Made by a program: the position numbers and the translations under genes. Of a stretch of 64,000 nt of DNA, positions 42,197-52,071 are shown piece after piece. The notes beneath the pieces were generated by a model, which worked only from the letters and a program-made list of their open reading frames with translations, searched no databases and had not been told where the DNA came from. This stretch comes from an uncultured Bacteroidales bacterium (GTDB lineage: Bacteria; Bacteroidota; Bacteroidia; Bacteroidales; P3): NCBI GenBank assembly GCA_937886715.1, contig CAKZZD010000020.1, forward strand, positions 20,591-84,590. The letters run 5' to 3'. How positions within the stretch are numbered: the first letter of the stretch is position 1; every line of letters starts with the position of its first letter.

Positions 42197-44662
42197 ATGG
42201 CAGAAGATTCCAACAACAAAAACACATCATTCCTCGACGACAAGAATGCTCCGAAGATGCACATCAAGGATGTGCTGTTCATCATCCTGCGCAATCTGCA
42301 CTGGCTGATCCTCTGTGGCGCTGTAGGAGCACTTATCGCCGGCTACTATGTCCGCCACCAGAACCGCGTCTACGAGAGCAACGCCCGCATCCTGATCAAG
42401 GGCTCGTCAACCAGCAGCGAAAACGCCATGCGCGAAGCATCGGTGCGCAACATGTTTGCCACCCGGTCGCTTTACAACAGCTCGATCAACAACGAGATGA
42501 TGCTGTTGACATCCAAGAATGCACTGAACGAGGTGGTCAAAAACCTGAACCTCAACGTCACATACACCTGCAAGACCAAAATTGTCAACCGTACAAAGGA
42601 CCTCTATGGCGAATCGCCCTTCGTCATCGACTTCATCGACAACGGCGATGACGACTATGTCTCCTTTGACGCCACCGCAAAGAATGCCCGTTCGATAACC
42701 CTCGACATCCCCAACTACAACCAGCAGACTGTCTACTTCGAAGACACCACAAATACCCCCTTCGGCCGCATCGTGGCCCACAAAACCTGGTACTATTCGA
42801 GCGACTACTACGGCACGGTGATCCACGTGACACACAAGAGCCTGAACGCCACTTCCGACTACTATCGCTATGCACTCCGTGTGTCCCGCAACGACGACAT
42901 GAACACGATCATCAACATTTCGCTGAACGACGCTTCGCCCATCCGCGCAGCAGAAGTCGTCAACGAGGTGATCCGTGTCTACAACGAGGACGCCATCAAG
43001 GACAAACGTCGCATCATCGCTGAAACGCACGACTATATCAACAGCCGTCTTCAACTGCTGCAATCCGACCTTGGCATTCAGGAAAATGCCTTGGCCGACT
43101 TCAAACGCGAGAACCAACTGATCGACATCTCGTCGTTTGGCCAGTCCTATCTCGAATCCAGCATCCAATCGTCTACCGAAATCGAGCGCCTGAAAAAGCA
43201 GCTGTCGCTTTCGCGTCTTCTGATCCAGATCAACGAATCAAGCGACAGACCCCAACTGATTCCCAACAGCTTCGGCCTCGACGATGCCAACATCATGGCA
43301 CATATCAACAAGTACAACAACCTGGTGCTTGAGCTGGAAAGCTACGAGAAAAACCCCAACAATCCGACAGCCCAAACCAAAATGGCCGAACTGAACACCA
43401 CTCGCAGCAACATGAACCGCCTGCTCGACGTGTATATCGGCACCATTCAGGAACGCATCGCCGACGCTCAAATCGTGGCCACCTCAGCACAATCAAAGAT
43501 GAGCCAAGTGCCACGCCAGCAGTTGTATCTTGAAAACCTGGAACGTCTGCAGAAAATCAAAGAGGAGCTCTACCTCCACCTGCTCAGCCGTCGTGAAGAG
43601 CTGATGATCAGCCAGCCCACCATTGAGCCTAACGGCAAGGTGCTCGACCCGGCCCGCATCAACCGCACACCCATATCTCCCAACGAAACTCGCACCACAG
43701 CGCTGGGACTGCTGGTAGGACTGCTCATCCCGATAGCAGTATTCTTTATCCGCCGCATGCTCGACACCAAGGTGAAATACCACAACGATGTACTCCAAGC
43801 CACATCAGCACCTTTCCTATGCGAGATACCCGCCCGCGAAAAGAAAGACGACCGCATTCTGGTAGTCACCGACCACGACCACAACGACACCATGTCCGAG
43901 TCATTCCGTCTGTTGAGAGCCAAAGTCGACTTCCTCGGAAACAAGGAAAGTTCCGATGGAAAAGTGCTGATGATTACATCGTTGCTGGCAAGCATGGGCA
44001 AGACATTCATCTCCAGCAACCTCTCTGCCAGCTTCGGCATCGCCGGCAAGAAAGCGATTATCCTCGACCTCGACTTGCGCAAGGGATCCCTCACTCGTCA
44101 GTTCTATTCTCGCCGCCACCCCGGCCTCTCCAACTATCTTGCCAACAAGACCGACGACTGGAAGTCGCTGACCAAATCCAACATCATCTGCAAAGGTGTC
44201 GACGCCCTCTTCTCCGGTCCTATCCCGCCTAACCCGACAGAGCTGCTCGGCAACGGCCGTCTGGACACCCTGGTGGCAGAACTGAAGAAAAACTACGAAT
44301 ACATCATCTTCGACACCGCTCCTACTGGCCTTGTCGTCGACTCCGACATCATCAAACATCTGGTTGACAACACTCTCTTCGTCATCCGCTCTAACAAGTT
44401 CGACAAACGAATGCTCGCCAACATCGACACCATGTACCAAGACCACTCGTTCCCGAACATGGCCATCGTCCTCAACGATGTCCACTACAAGAAGATGACC
44501 CCGTATGAAAAGAAGTACGGCTATGGTTATGGCTATGGCTACGGATATGGCTATGGTTATGGCTACGGTTACGGCTATGGCTACGGTTACGGCTATGGCT
44601 ACGGCAACGAAGAAAAACTTGATCCCGAAGAGAAAGTTCAGGAAGAATCTGATAATAAATAA
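42197..44662 (+). CDS. wzc: Wzc-like co-polymerase / BY tyrosine kinase with a (YG)15 C-terminal tyrosine cluster
   Basis: It has two TMs flanking a coiled-coil periplasmic domain, a Walker A TSLLASMGKTFISSNL, then LDLDLRKGS and IIFDTAP, and ends in 15 YG repeats. Confidence 0.9.
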   Translation: MAEDSNNKNTSFLDDKNAPKMHIKDVLFIILRNLHWLILCGAVGALIAGYYVRHQNRVYESNARILIKGSSTSSENAMREASVRNMFATRSLYNSSINNEMMLLTSKNALNEVVKNLNLNVTYTCKTKIVNRTKDLYGESPFVIDFIDNGDDDYVSFDATAKNARSITLDIPNYNQQTVYFEDTTNTPFGRIVAHKTWYYSSDYYGTVIHVTHKSLNATSDYYRYALRVSRNDDMNTIINISLNDASPIRAAEVVNEVIRVYNEDAIKDKRRIIAETHDYINSRLQLLQSDLGIQENALADFKRENQLIDISSFGQSYLESSIQSSTEIERLKKQLSLSRLLIQINESSDRPQLIPNSFGLDDANIMAHINKYNNLVLELESYEKNPNNPTAQTKMAELNTTRSNMNRLLDVYIGTIQERIADAQIVATSAQSKMSQVPRQQLYLENLERLQKIKEELYLHLLSRREELMISQPTIEPNGKVLDPARINRTPISPNETRTTALGLLVGLLIPIAVFFIRRMLDTKVKYHNDVLQATSAPFLCEIPAREKKDDRILVVTDHDHNDTMSESFRLLRAKVDFLGNKESSDGKVLMITSLLASMGKTFISSNLSASFGIAGKKAIILDLDLRKGSLTRQFYSRRHPGLSNYLANKTDDWKSLTKSNIICKGVDALFSGPIPPNPTELLGNGRLDTLVAELKKNYEYIIFDTAPTGLVVDSDIIKHLVDNTLFVIRSNKFDKRMLANIDTMYQDHSFPNMAIVLNDVHYKKMTPYEKKYGYGYGYGYGYGYGYGYGYGYGYGYGYGYGNEEKLDPEEKVQEESDNK
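44516..44605 (+). repeat. Coding hexanucleotide repeat (TAY GGN)x15
   Basis: The sequence is tacggc tatggt tatggc tatggc tacgga ... tacggc. Synonymous codons are mixed. Confidence 0.95.
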
Positions 44663-44698
44663 AGTAAAATAATTTCATAATAATTAAAACTACCTCCA

Positions 44699-46174
44699 AT
44701 GAAAAAGATCGTTATGATTGTGGCGCTGATAGCTGTTACAATAGGCAGCCTGTCGGCACAAGAAACCAAGCGTAAGGGTGTAGCTCTCGGTGCCGACCGC
44801 GACACACTGGCTTACATCATCGCTTCGCCGTTCGACAACTGGTGGATTAACCTTGGTGGCGGCATCCAGACCTACATCGGGAACACCCCCGATCCCGAGG
44901 CCTACTGGAACAAACTGAACTTGGGCGCTCGCGTCGAAGTCGGTAAATGGCTCATCCCCGACGTGGCTGTCTCTCTGCGTCTTGGTGCCTTCCACACCAA
45001 CAGCCAGAGCCGCTTTGAGGGTAACAATCCTTGGATTGATTACGACAACCCCATCGAATACGATGGCGCAGAAGAAGGCCCCTACTATCCGATGTCAGTC
45101 CACGGCCTGTCGGCCATGGGTATCGTCACCTTCGACTGGACCAATTTCCTTCGTGGCTACGAGGCCGGCAAACGCAAACACTGGCACTTCTACACCCCCG
45201 TCGGACTCGGTGGCGTTTGGCTGTATGGCAAAACCATCAACCCGAACTACATCCATAAGGCTAACCGCAACGACATCCCCGTCGAAATGGGTGATGTCAT
45301 CTGGAACAAAGAACTCGCCTTCACCGGTGGTTTCATGACCGAGTACTTCGCCTCCAAACATGTCTCCTTCAACCTCGCAGCCGAGGTGCTTGGCACTCGC
45401 GGTAGCCTCGACGACCACAACTACAATGTCCGCAGCGGCAAACGTCATGTCGACTGGATTCCTTCCCTGTACGCTGGCGTCAAACTCAACCTCCTCAAGA
45501 ACGTCACCAAGTACAACCCCTACACCAAGACCTCCTCGCGCGAAGTCGTCAACCACGAATTCCTCGCCTACGGTAGCCGTGGCGCCATCGACCGTCTGAA
45601 CGACCGCATCAACCGTCTCAACCGTCAAATCGACTCCCTCCAGAACCTGGCCAACCGTCCTGACCACGAGGCCGAACTCGCTGCCGCTATGGCCGCTCTC
45701 GCAGCCATGCAGCACCAGCTCGACTCGCTCCAGAGCCTGCCCCAGCAGCCTGCCGCCAACAACGTGATGCAGGAGCTCCTCGGCATCAACGACGTGCTTA
45801 ACCTGCCCTCAGCCATCGTCCTCTACGAACTCGACAAATGGGATATCGACTACAACGGCCGTCGTCGTCTGCAGAACTTCGCCAAGACCATGGCCACCCT
45901 CGACGACACCTGCGAGTTCTACATCATCGGCGCTGCCGACTCGGTGACCGGATCTATCCGTCACAACCAGTGGCTCTCCGAAAAACGTTGCGATGCCGCC
46001 TACGATATGCTGGTCAACAAGTTCGGCGCCAACGCCAACCAGTTCATCAAGGTGCCTGTCGGAGGTATCACCGAGTACGAACAGAAGGAGAACAACCGTA
46101 TGGCTCTCGTCATCCTTCGCACTCCTGTGACCGAAGAGATTGTCACCCGCTGGCTGCGCAAATATCAGCAATAA
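44699..46174 (+). CDS. OmpA-family outer-membrane protein (barrel, coiled coil, OmpA_C)
   Basis: It has a signal peptide, a coiled coil (RLNDRINRLNRQIDSLQNL) and a C-terminal OmpA-like domain (SEKRCDAAYDML). Confidence 0.75.
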   Translation: MKKIVMIVALIAVTIGSLSAQETKRKGVALGADRDTLAYIIASPFDNWWINLGGGIQTYIGNTPDPEAYWNKLNLGARVEVGKWLIPDVAVSLRLGAFHTNSQSRFEGNNPWIDYDNPIEYDGAEEGPYYPMSVHGLSAMGIVTFDWTNFLRGYEAGKRKHWHFYTPVGLGGVWLYGKTINPNYIHKANRNDIPVEMGDVIWNKELAFTGGFMTEYFASKHVSFNLAAEVLGTRGSLDDHNYNVRSGKRHVDWIPSLYAGVKLNLLKNVTKYNPYTKTSSREVVNHEFLAYGSRGAIDRLNDRINRLNRQIDSLQNLANRPDHEAELAAAMAALAAMQHQLDSLQSLPQQPAANNVMQELLGINDVLNLPSAIVLYELDKWDIDYNGRRRLQNFAKTMATLDDTCEFYIIGAADSVTGSIRHNQWLSEKRCDAAYDMLVNKFGANANQFIKVPVGGITEYEQKENNRMALVILRTPVTEEIVTRWLRKYQQ

Positions 46175-46217
46175 GCCACTCATGCATCATTGATGCATTG
46201 CTGAAATGCACATATAC

Positions 46218-46256
46218 AAGCGTGCCCGCAGATTCCTGCGGGCACGCTTTCTTTCT
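46218..46256 (+). terminator. Rho-independent terminator
   Basis: The stem aagcgtgcccgcag-attc-ctgcgggcacgctt is followed by tctttc. Confidence 0.7.
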
Positions 46257-46564
46257 GTCCATTTAATCCACACCTAACATATCTTCCAGCAGACAGAAAG
46301 CAGCTCCGAACAAACGAACCATAATCTGTCCTCAAACCCACACCCGCACCTTCCCCTCTCCCTATCATCCACCTCCTCATTGGGTCTTGGTATCTGGACG
46401 ACAGCCTGTTGAGCCTTCCGTGCTTCTTTCTTATCCTAATGAAAAAGACCCCTATAGACCATAATTATGGTTTGACATCCTATAGTCCTAAAGACACACG
46501 GATAATCCCTCACATATAAATATGAGAGCCTTTATGAAACACAAAGAGGCTCCGGCCAGAATCA

Positions 46565-46608
46565 ACAAAAGGAGGAGCCCCGTCAGAGATTAACTCCGGC
46601 GGGGCTCC
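46565..46608 (-). terminator. Terminator downstream of ompH (minus strand)
   Basis: ggagcccc (46574-81) pairs with ggggctcc (46601-08), and a T-run follows on the minus strand. Confidence 0.5.
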
Positions 46609-46628
46609 GCTGCATTATTAACCAATTT

Positions 46629-47141
46629 TTATTTCAATCCGAGTTTCCTCTTCACCTGAGGCATGATATCGTCGCTATCCTGGGAATAGAGTATAGCAGC
46701 GGTGCCGGCATCAAGAATATACGAATAACCGCCCTCGCGAGCCACTTCCTCAATGGCAGCCTTGGCTCGGTCGATGATAGGCTTCAGCAACTCCTGCTCA
46801 CGAGTCTGGAGCTGAGTCTGTGCGTTCTGCTGAAACTCTTCGATACGGGCAGCCATGTCTTGGATCTCACGCTGCTTGGTCTGGCGAATCAAGTCGGTCC
46901 AGCCGGCCTGGTTGGCAACGTAGTCGTTATAACGTTTTTCAGCTTCAGCCTGCATCGATTTGAGGGTCTCTTCAAGATCAGCCACCTCTTTCTGAAGGAT
47001 AGCCTGTGCAGAGTCACGACCCGGCATAATCTGCATCAAGTCGTTCGAGTTGATATGTCCAAGTTTGACATTCTTCTGAGCCATTGCACTGCCGCCAATT
47101 GCGAACAGGCAGGCCAACATTACGATAAAAGTCTTTTTCAT
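46629..47141 (-). CDS. OmpH/Skp-family periplasmic chaperone
   Basis: It has a signal peptide and a long helical K/E/Q-rich body, and lies downstream of bamA. Confidence 0.85.
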   Translation of the reverse strand: MKKTFIVMLACLFAIGGSAMAQKNVKLGHINSNDLMQIMPGRDSAQAILQKEVADLEETLKSMQAEAEKRYNDYVANQAGWTDLIRQTKQREIQDMAARIEEFQQNAQTQLQTREQELLKPIIDRAKAAIEEVAREGGYSYILDAGTAAILYSQDSDDIMPQVKRKLGLK

Positions 47142-47162
47142 TTTAGGTATTGATTGTTTTTA

Positions 47163-47816
47163 TTATTTTCGTGAACCACTGGTCGATTTCAGCGGCGTGT
47201 CTATCTTGCTGTCGCTACTGCGGCGCATCTCGGGATTGGTCGGTTTCTTGGAGGCTTCTCCAGCCCGCTCTCCTTGAGGCGCCGATGATGCACCGGGCTT
47301 GTAGCCCAACAGTTCAAGCACCTCGTCGCTGATGTCATATTTCTTATTGGCAAAAAGAAGTGTTGCACTGGCCGACTTGTCAAACACAAACGCATAGTTC
47401 TTTTCATGTGCCACGCGCTCAATCATCGAATAGACACGATCCTGCACAGGCTTCAGCAGCTCTGCACGACGCTTGTCCAGGTCTCCGCCTGCACCAAAAC
47501 GCTGTTGCTGCAGATCTTTGATCTCCTGCTCCTTGGCACGGATCTCGTCTTTGCGGCGTTTCTTCAGATTGTCGGGAAGCAGATAGCTCTCCTGCTCATA
47601 GTCGGCCCTCATGGCATCCAGTTCGCCCATCTTCCCGTCCAACTCCGCCTGCCAATCGGCCACATACTTGTCAAGCCTCTTGATGGCATTGTTGTAGTCA
47701 GGAATGCTCTTCAGAACATAATCGGTGTTGATACAAGCATATTTCTGCGCCGTTACAGGCAGCACAATAGCAAGAAGGATAACCGCGAATATGATGATTT
47801 TTCTTTTCATTTTCAA
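47163..47816 (-). CDS. OmpH/Skp-family periplasmic chaperone, second copy with a basic, disordered tail
   Basis: Same architecture as the first copy. Its start overlaps the bamA stop by 4 nt. Confidence 0.8.
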   Translation of the reverse strand: MKMKRKIIIFAVILLAIVLPVTAQKYACINTDYVLKSIPDYNNAIKRLDKYVADWQAELDGKMGELDAMRADYEQESYLLPDNLKKRRKDEIRAKEQEIKDLQQQRFGAGGDLDKRRAELLKPVQDRVYSMIERVAHEKNYAFVFDKSASATLLFANKKYDISDEVLELLGYKPGASSAPQGERAGEASKKPTNPEMRRSSDSKIDTPLKSTSGSRK

Positions 47817-50392
47817 TCAAGACTTTGGCCTATCGAGAAATGGAAATGGCTGCCTCCGTTGGCTCCATCGAAACCGTAGCCCCAGTCGAAGCCTATCAAG
47901 CCTCCCAACATGGGAACGAAAAGACGGACACCCAAACCGGCGGAATTGTACATCTTGAAGGGCTGGAACTCGGCCAACGTGGCCCAACTGTTGCCGCCCT
48001 CAAGGAATCCGGCCACCCAGATGGTCATATTGTTGCTCTCCATGATGGGCTGGCGCAACTCCAGGGTGAAGCGGTCAAACACCGATGCTCCAGACACAGG
48101 ACTGAGCGAATAGTTGTCGTATCCGCGCAGGGGCACAATCTCACGTCCATCAAAAGCATAGGATGCAAGGCCGTCGCCACCGAGGAAATAGCGGCCAAAC
48201 GCCGTCAATCCGCGATCCTTGTTGTAGTAGCCCATAAAGCCGAATCTGAAACGCGCATTCAGCACCACATCACCAATCAGATTGAGCATCCACGAGCCTC
48301 GAATATTGAACTTGTAGTATTCCTGCCATTTGTTCTTCTCCTCAACAGTGGCATTCGAATAGTCCTTGCCGGAGAGGAGTGAATAGGGAGGGGTGAAGAA
48401 GGCGCTGAAACTGACATCCGAACCACTGCGGGCGTAGATAGGCGAATCCAGCGAGTTGCGGCTCAGCGTGAAACCGTACGATATATCGTTCGACCTGCCG
48501 TTAGTGAAGTCGATTCCCTGCGCCAATGAATAGTTGTTCAGCACATAATGCTTATAGCTCAGGCCGTGCGACACAATGAAATAGTCGTCGGGCCATTTCA
48601 AGCGTTTCGTGAAGCTGATGCCGCCTCCCGTAATCTGCAGGCTGCGATACTTCTCGTCCGTTCGGTTAATCCAGCGGCCATTGCTGAAGAAAGTATGGTA
48701 TATCGACCCCGTCAGCGACTGCGCGCGATGGCCTCCAAGCCAGGGCTCGGTGAACGACGCACTGAGCGAATTGTACGCCGATCCGTTGGTCACGAAATTG
48801 AGCCCCAACTTCTGTCCGTCGCCGGCTGGCAGCGGCGCCCACGCGTCTTTGTTGAATATATTGCGAAGGCTGAAGTTGTTCAGCTGCACGCCAAATTGTC
48901 CGATGAACATTCCCGAGCCATAGCCGCCCTGCATGTTCAGGGTGCTGGTGTTGCCTTCCTCAACTTTGTAGACAATATCCACCGCCCCGTTTTTCTCATC
49001 AGGACGCGGTTCGGGCTTGAGCGTCTCTTCCTTGAAGTAGCCCAGCGTTGCCAACTCGCGGTGGCTCCTGATCAACGCATCGCGGCTGAAAAGGTCGCCG
49101 GGACGGGTCCTGATCTCTCGCATGATGATCTTGTCGTTGGTCACCGTGTTTCCTTCCACCCACACGTTGCGCACACGTGCCTGACGGCCTTCCTCAATGC
49201 GGATCTCAATGTCAATACTGTCGTCCACCACTGCCACCTCCACCGGTCGCACCTTGAAAAACAGATAGCCATTGTCCATATACAGCGACGTGATGTCGGT
49301 GCCCGAGGGGTTGTACGACAAGTTCATGTCCAGCTGGCTCTTGTTGTAGGGGTCTCCTTTCTTGATGCGCAGCGAGCGGCGCAACAGATCATCGTCATAC
49401 ACCGTATTGCCGGAGAAGGTGATATTGCGAAAATAGAATTTCTTGCCTTCATACACTTTCACCTTCACCTTCAGCCGATCCTGTTGGGCCTTCTTCTTGC
49501 TGCTCAACTTCAGCTCGTCCTGGGGCACGGTCCACACCGTGTCACTCACTATGCGCGCATCGCGGAATCCCTCCTCGTTGTAGTAGTCTATCACCTTGGC
49601 CAGGTCTTCGCGGAAATCGTTCTCAATGTAGCGGCTCTTCTTCCAGAATGGCTTGGTGAAGATGCGCAGCTTCCAGAATTCATTGCCGCTCGACCACAGG
49701 CGCTTGCGGTAGTGCACGTCGCGGGTCTTCTCCATCTTGCTCTGCAGCACCGGCATCGACACTACCTGGTTGCCTTCGAAAATCAAGGAGTCGATTTTCA
49801 CCTTCTTGCCACGGTTCACTTTGAACGTGATATTCACCTTGTTGTTGGTGTCAGGCGTCGTGACAGGTGTCACCTCCACCTGCGTGTACCCCTTGCCGAT
49901 ATAATATCCCTTGATCTTGTTCGACGACGTGCGCAGGAGGTTCTCAGTCACCACATCGCCCGTCACAAGTTTGATCTCTTCCTTGATCTTGTCAGCTTCG
50001 CCCTTGCGAACGCCATGGAAACTGAACACCCCCAGCCGCGGACGCTCCTTCAGCACAAACTTGAGGAAGATGACATTGCCCTGCACTCGGGTGACTCTGA
50101 TCTGCACATCTTCAAACATCCCCTGCTTCCAAAGGTTCTCTACACCCGTCGAAATCTTGTCGCCGGGCACCTTGATCTTGTCGCCCACCTGCAAGCCAGC
50201 CACCAGCTGGACCACACGCGTGTCGAAATTCTCGGCACCCTCGAAGGTGATGCCTCCGATCTCGTATTGCTTGGGAGTGAGATAGTCAAAGTCATATTCC
50301 GAATCGCCACCCACAACCACCTGTGAGCGAACTCCTAATGGCCATAGGCAAAGCAGCGCGACGAGTATTGCAAGTATTCTGGTCTGTTTCAT
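47813..50392 (-). CDS. bamA: Outer membrane protein assembly factor BamA
   Basis: It is 859 aa with a signal peptide, POTRA repeats and a C-terminal barrel ending ...HFHFSIGQSLD. The uppS-bamA-ompH-ompH synteny is conserved. Confidence 0.9.
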   Translation of the reverse strand: MKQTRILAILVALLCLWPLGVRSQVVVGGDSEYDFDYLTPKQYEIGGITFEGAENFDTRVVQLVAGLQVGDKIKVPGDKISTGVENLWKQGMFEDVQIRVTRVQGNVIFLKFVLKERPRLGVFSFHGVRKGEADKIKEEIKLVTGDVVTENLLRTSSNKIKGYYIGKGYTQVEVTPVTTPDTNNKVNITFKVNRGKKVKIDSLIFEGNQVVSMPVLQSKMEKTRDVHYRKRLWSSGNEFWKLRIFTKPFWKKSRYIENDFREDLAKVIDYYNEEGFRDARIVSDTVWTVPQDELKLSSKKKAQQDRLKVKVKVYEGKKFYFRNITFSGNTVYDDDLLRRSLRIKKGDPYNKSQLDMNLSYNPSGTDITSLYMDNGYLFFKVRPVEVAVVDDSIDIEIRIEEGRQARVRNVWVEGNTVTNDKIIMREIRTRPGDLFSRDALIRSHRELATLGYFKEETLKPEPRPDEKNGAVDIVYKVEEGNTSTLNMQGGYGSGMFIGQFGVQLNNFSLRNIFNKDAWAPLPAGDGQKLGLNFVTNGSAYNSLSASFTEPWLGGHRAQSLTGSIYHTFFSNGRWINRTDEKYRSLQITGGGISFTKRLKWPDDYFIVSHGLSYKHYVLNNYSLAQGIDFTNGRSNDISYGFTLSRNSLDSPIYARSGSDVSFSAFFTPPYSLLSGKDYSNATVEEKNKWQEYYKFNIRGSWMLNLIGDVVLNARFRFGFMGYYNKDRGLTAFGRYFLGGDGLASYAFDGREIVPLRGYDNYSLSPVSGASVFDRFTLELRQPIMESNNMTIWVAGFLEGGNSWATLAEFQPFKMYNSAGLGVRLFVPMLGGLIGFDWGYGFDGANGGSHFHFSIGQSLD

Positions 50393-50461
50393 GCACGTAT
50401 TTCACTTAATTATATAATAACTCGCACATGCGCTTTTTATTATATTTAGCTCGCACTTTTT

Positions 50462-51199
50462 TTATTTTTTCTCCTCCACCTGGGCTTCTGTCTTCCCAAA
50501 ACGCCTCTGCCTGCTTTGGTAGTCGGCCACCGCCGCATAGAAATCCTCATGACGGAAATCGGGCCACAGTTGCTCGCTGAAATAGAATTCCGTATAGGCC
50601 ATCTGCCACAAAAGGAAGTTCGACACACGCAACTCGCCGCCCGTCCTGATCAGCAGGTCGGGATCCGGATATTCGCTGGTGGTAAGGTACCGCCGCAATG
50701 TTTCTTCGTCCACCTGGTCGGGCGCCAATCCGTCGCGGCATATCTGTTTGATGGCTTCCGCTATCTCCCAGCGCGAGCTGTAGCTCAGCGCCAGTATCAA
50801 CGTCATCGTCCGGTTGCCGGAAGTCTCGTCAATGCAGCGCTGCAACATCGTCCGCGATCGCTCGGGGATTCGTCCCATGTCGCCTATTGTCCTCAACCTC
50901 ACATCGTTGTCCATCAGGGTCTTGGTCTCGTCTTCCACGGCTTTGATCAGCAGTTCCATCAAGCCGTCGACTTCCGCCTGCGGCCGGTTCCAGTTCTCGG
51001 TGCTGAAGGTGTACAGGGTCAGATATTTCACGCCCATCTGCACCGCCGCTTCCACGGCCTGACGCACTGCCGTAAAGGCGTTGCGGTGTCCGAACAGCCT
51101 CTCGTGCTGCTGCTTCATTGCCCAACGGCCATTGCCGTCCATGATGATTGCCACATGCTGCGGCACGCGGCTCTTGTCGATTTGCTCCAATGTTATCAT
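50462..51199 (-). CDS. uppS: Isoprenyl transferase (undecaprenyl diphosphate synthase)
   Basis: It contains HVAIIMDGNGRWA and LIRTGGELRVSNFLLWQ. The track ORF extends to 51238, but starting at MITLEQ (51199) avoids overlap with the upstream stop. Confidence 0.9.
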   Translation of the reverse strand: MITLEQIDKSRVPQHVAIIMDGNGRWAMKQQHERLFGHRNAFTAVRQAVEAAVQMGVKYLTLYTFSTENWNRPQAEVDGLMELLIKAVEDETKTLMDNDVRLRTIGDMGRIPERSRTMLQRCIDETSGNRTMTLILALSYSSRWEIAEAIKQICRDGLAPDQVDEETLRRYLTTSEYPDPDLLIRTGGELRVSNFLLWQMAYTEFYFSEQLWPDFRHEDFYAAVADYQSRQRRFGKTEAQVEEKK

Positions 51200-51204
51200 C
51201 TTAA

Positions 51205-52071
51205 CTATCTTATTCTGCAACGTTTTGAACGCATCCACCCCATCAGTGTCTCCAGGCTGAACCCAACCGACACATGGAAATACGAGTACCAGTCGTCAAG
51301 CGAATCGTCGCCCCGCTTGATACCGGGTGCGTTGACATAGCCCGGCACCACCTCGCCGCTGCGGTCCGCCAAGGTCGCGGCCAACTCGCCATTCTCCACA
51401 CTCTCCCGCAGCAGGTCGCCGCCCACATACGTCTTGCTCACATCGTCTATATAGTCGGTCAATGTCTTCCGGAATCCATATTCCACCGACAGCGACACCG
51501 TCTTGCCTATCAAGAATTTGGCTCCCATTCCGAAGGGAAAGCACACCTCGGTCAGCTTATACGGGCGCCTGTCCGGATATTCCAGCGTGCCCTGGCCCTC
51601 GGTATGCAGGGGCTGCAAGGCCACCCATTCTTCCATGCCTTCTCCAACGGAATACTTCGCCATCGGGTTGAAATGGAACACGCCTACTCCGCCAAACATA
51701 TAAAGGGTCCAATTGTGGTCGGTCGAACCAAAGCCATACGGCCAGAACGAAAATTCGCCCAGCAACACGCCCTCAAACAGGTCGGTGCGGAAACTCAGGT
51801 TGCGCCGCTCTATGCAATCGGGATTGCCTCCCGACAGGGCTCCGTATGCCACCTCTCCCCTCAACGCCCACCGTTTGTCCAAGCGGTAGCGCAGCCCTCC
51901 GCTGAACGCCGGATGCACACGCCCGAAGACGCTCTGGTTGTTCAGATCGCCGATATAGTTCATCCCTCCGCCGCTCAGCAGTATGTCACTCCGCCCGATA
52001 AAGTCGTCGTGCTGGGCAACCGCCGCCAGCGGAAGCAGCAGAAGCGCTATCGCCCAAATCCTATTCTTCAT
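51205..52071 (-). CDS. Outer-membrane beta-barrel-like protein (DUF6089-like)
   Basis: It has a signal peptide and alternating aromatic/glycine beta-strand patterns. Its position upstream of uppS is conserved, as recalled for Bacteroidetes. Confidence 0.5.
   Translation of the reverse strand: MKNRIWAIALLLLPLAAVAQHDDFIGRSDILLSGGGMNYIGDLNNQSVFGRVHPAFSGGLRYRLDKRWALRGEVAYGALSGGNPDCIERRNLSFRTDLFEGVLLGEFSFWPYGFGSTDHNWTLYMFGGVGVFHFNPMAKYSVGEGMEEWVALQPLHTEGQGTLEYPDRRPYKLTEVCFPFGMGAKFLIGKTVSLSVEYGFRKTLTDYIDDVSKTYVGGDLLRESVENGELAATLADRSGEVVPGYVNAPGIKRGDDSLDDWYSYFHVSVGFSLETLMGWMRSKRCRIR

Noticed and set aside
44516-44605. The (YG)n repeat as a classical slipped-strand phase-variation switch
   Set aside because: The unit is 6 nt, so length changes stay in frame. 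The units are also interrupted by synonymous differences. At most this gives tail-length variation, not on/off switching.
44472-44699. Minus-strand ORF encoding HSRNRSHSRNRSH repeats
   Set aside because: It is simply the antisense reading of the (YG)15 coding repeat.
46467-46480. Small palindromes in the 46.2-46.6-kb convergent gap (accataattatggt; atgcatca/tgatgcat at 46181-46198)
   Set aside because: They are short, AT-rich and lie between two terminators. This is consistent with chance or terminator-associated structure, and no further support was found.
48548-50326. 592-aa + strand ORF
   Set aside because: It is antisense to bamA, low complexity, with no motifs.
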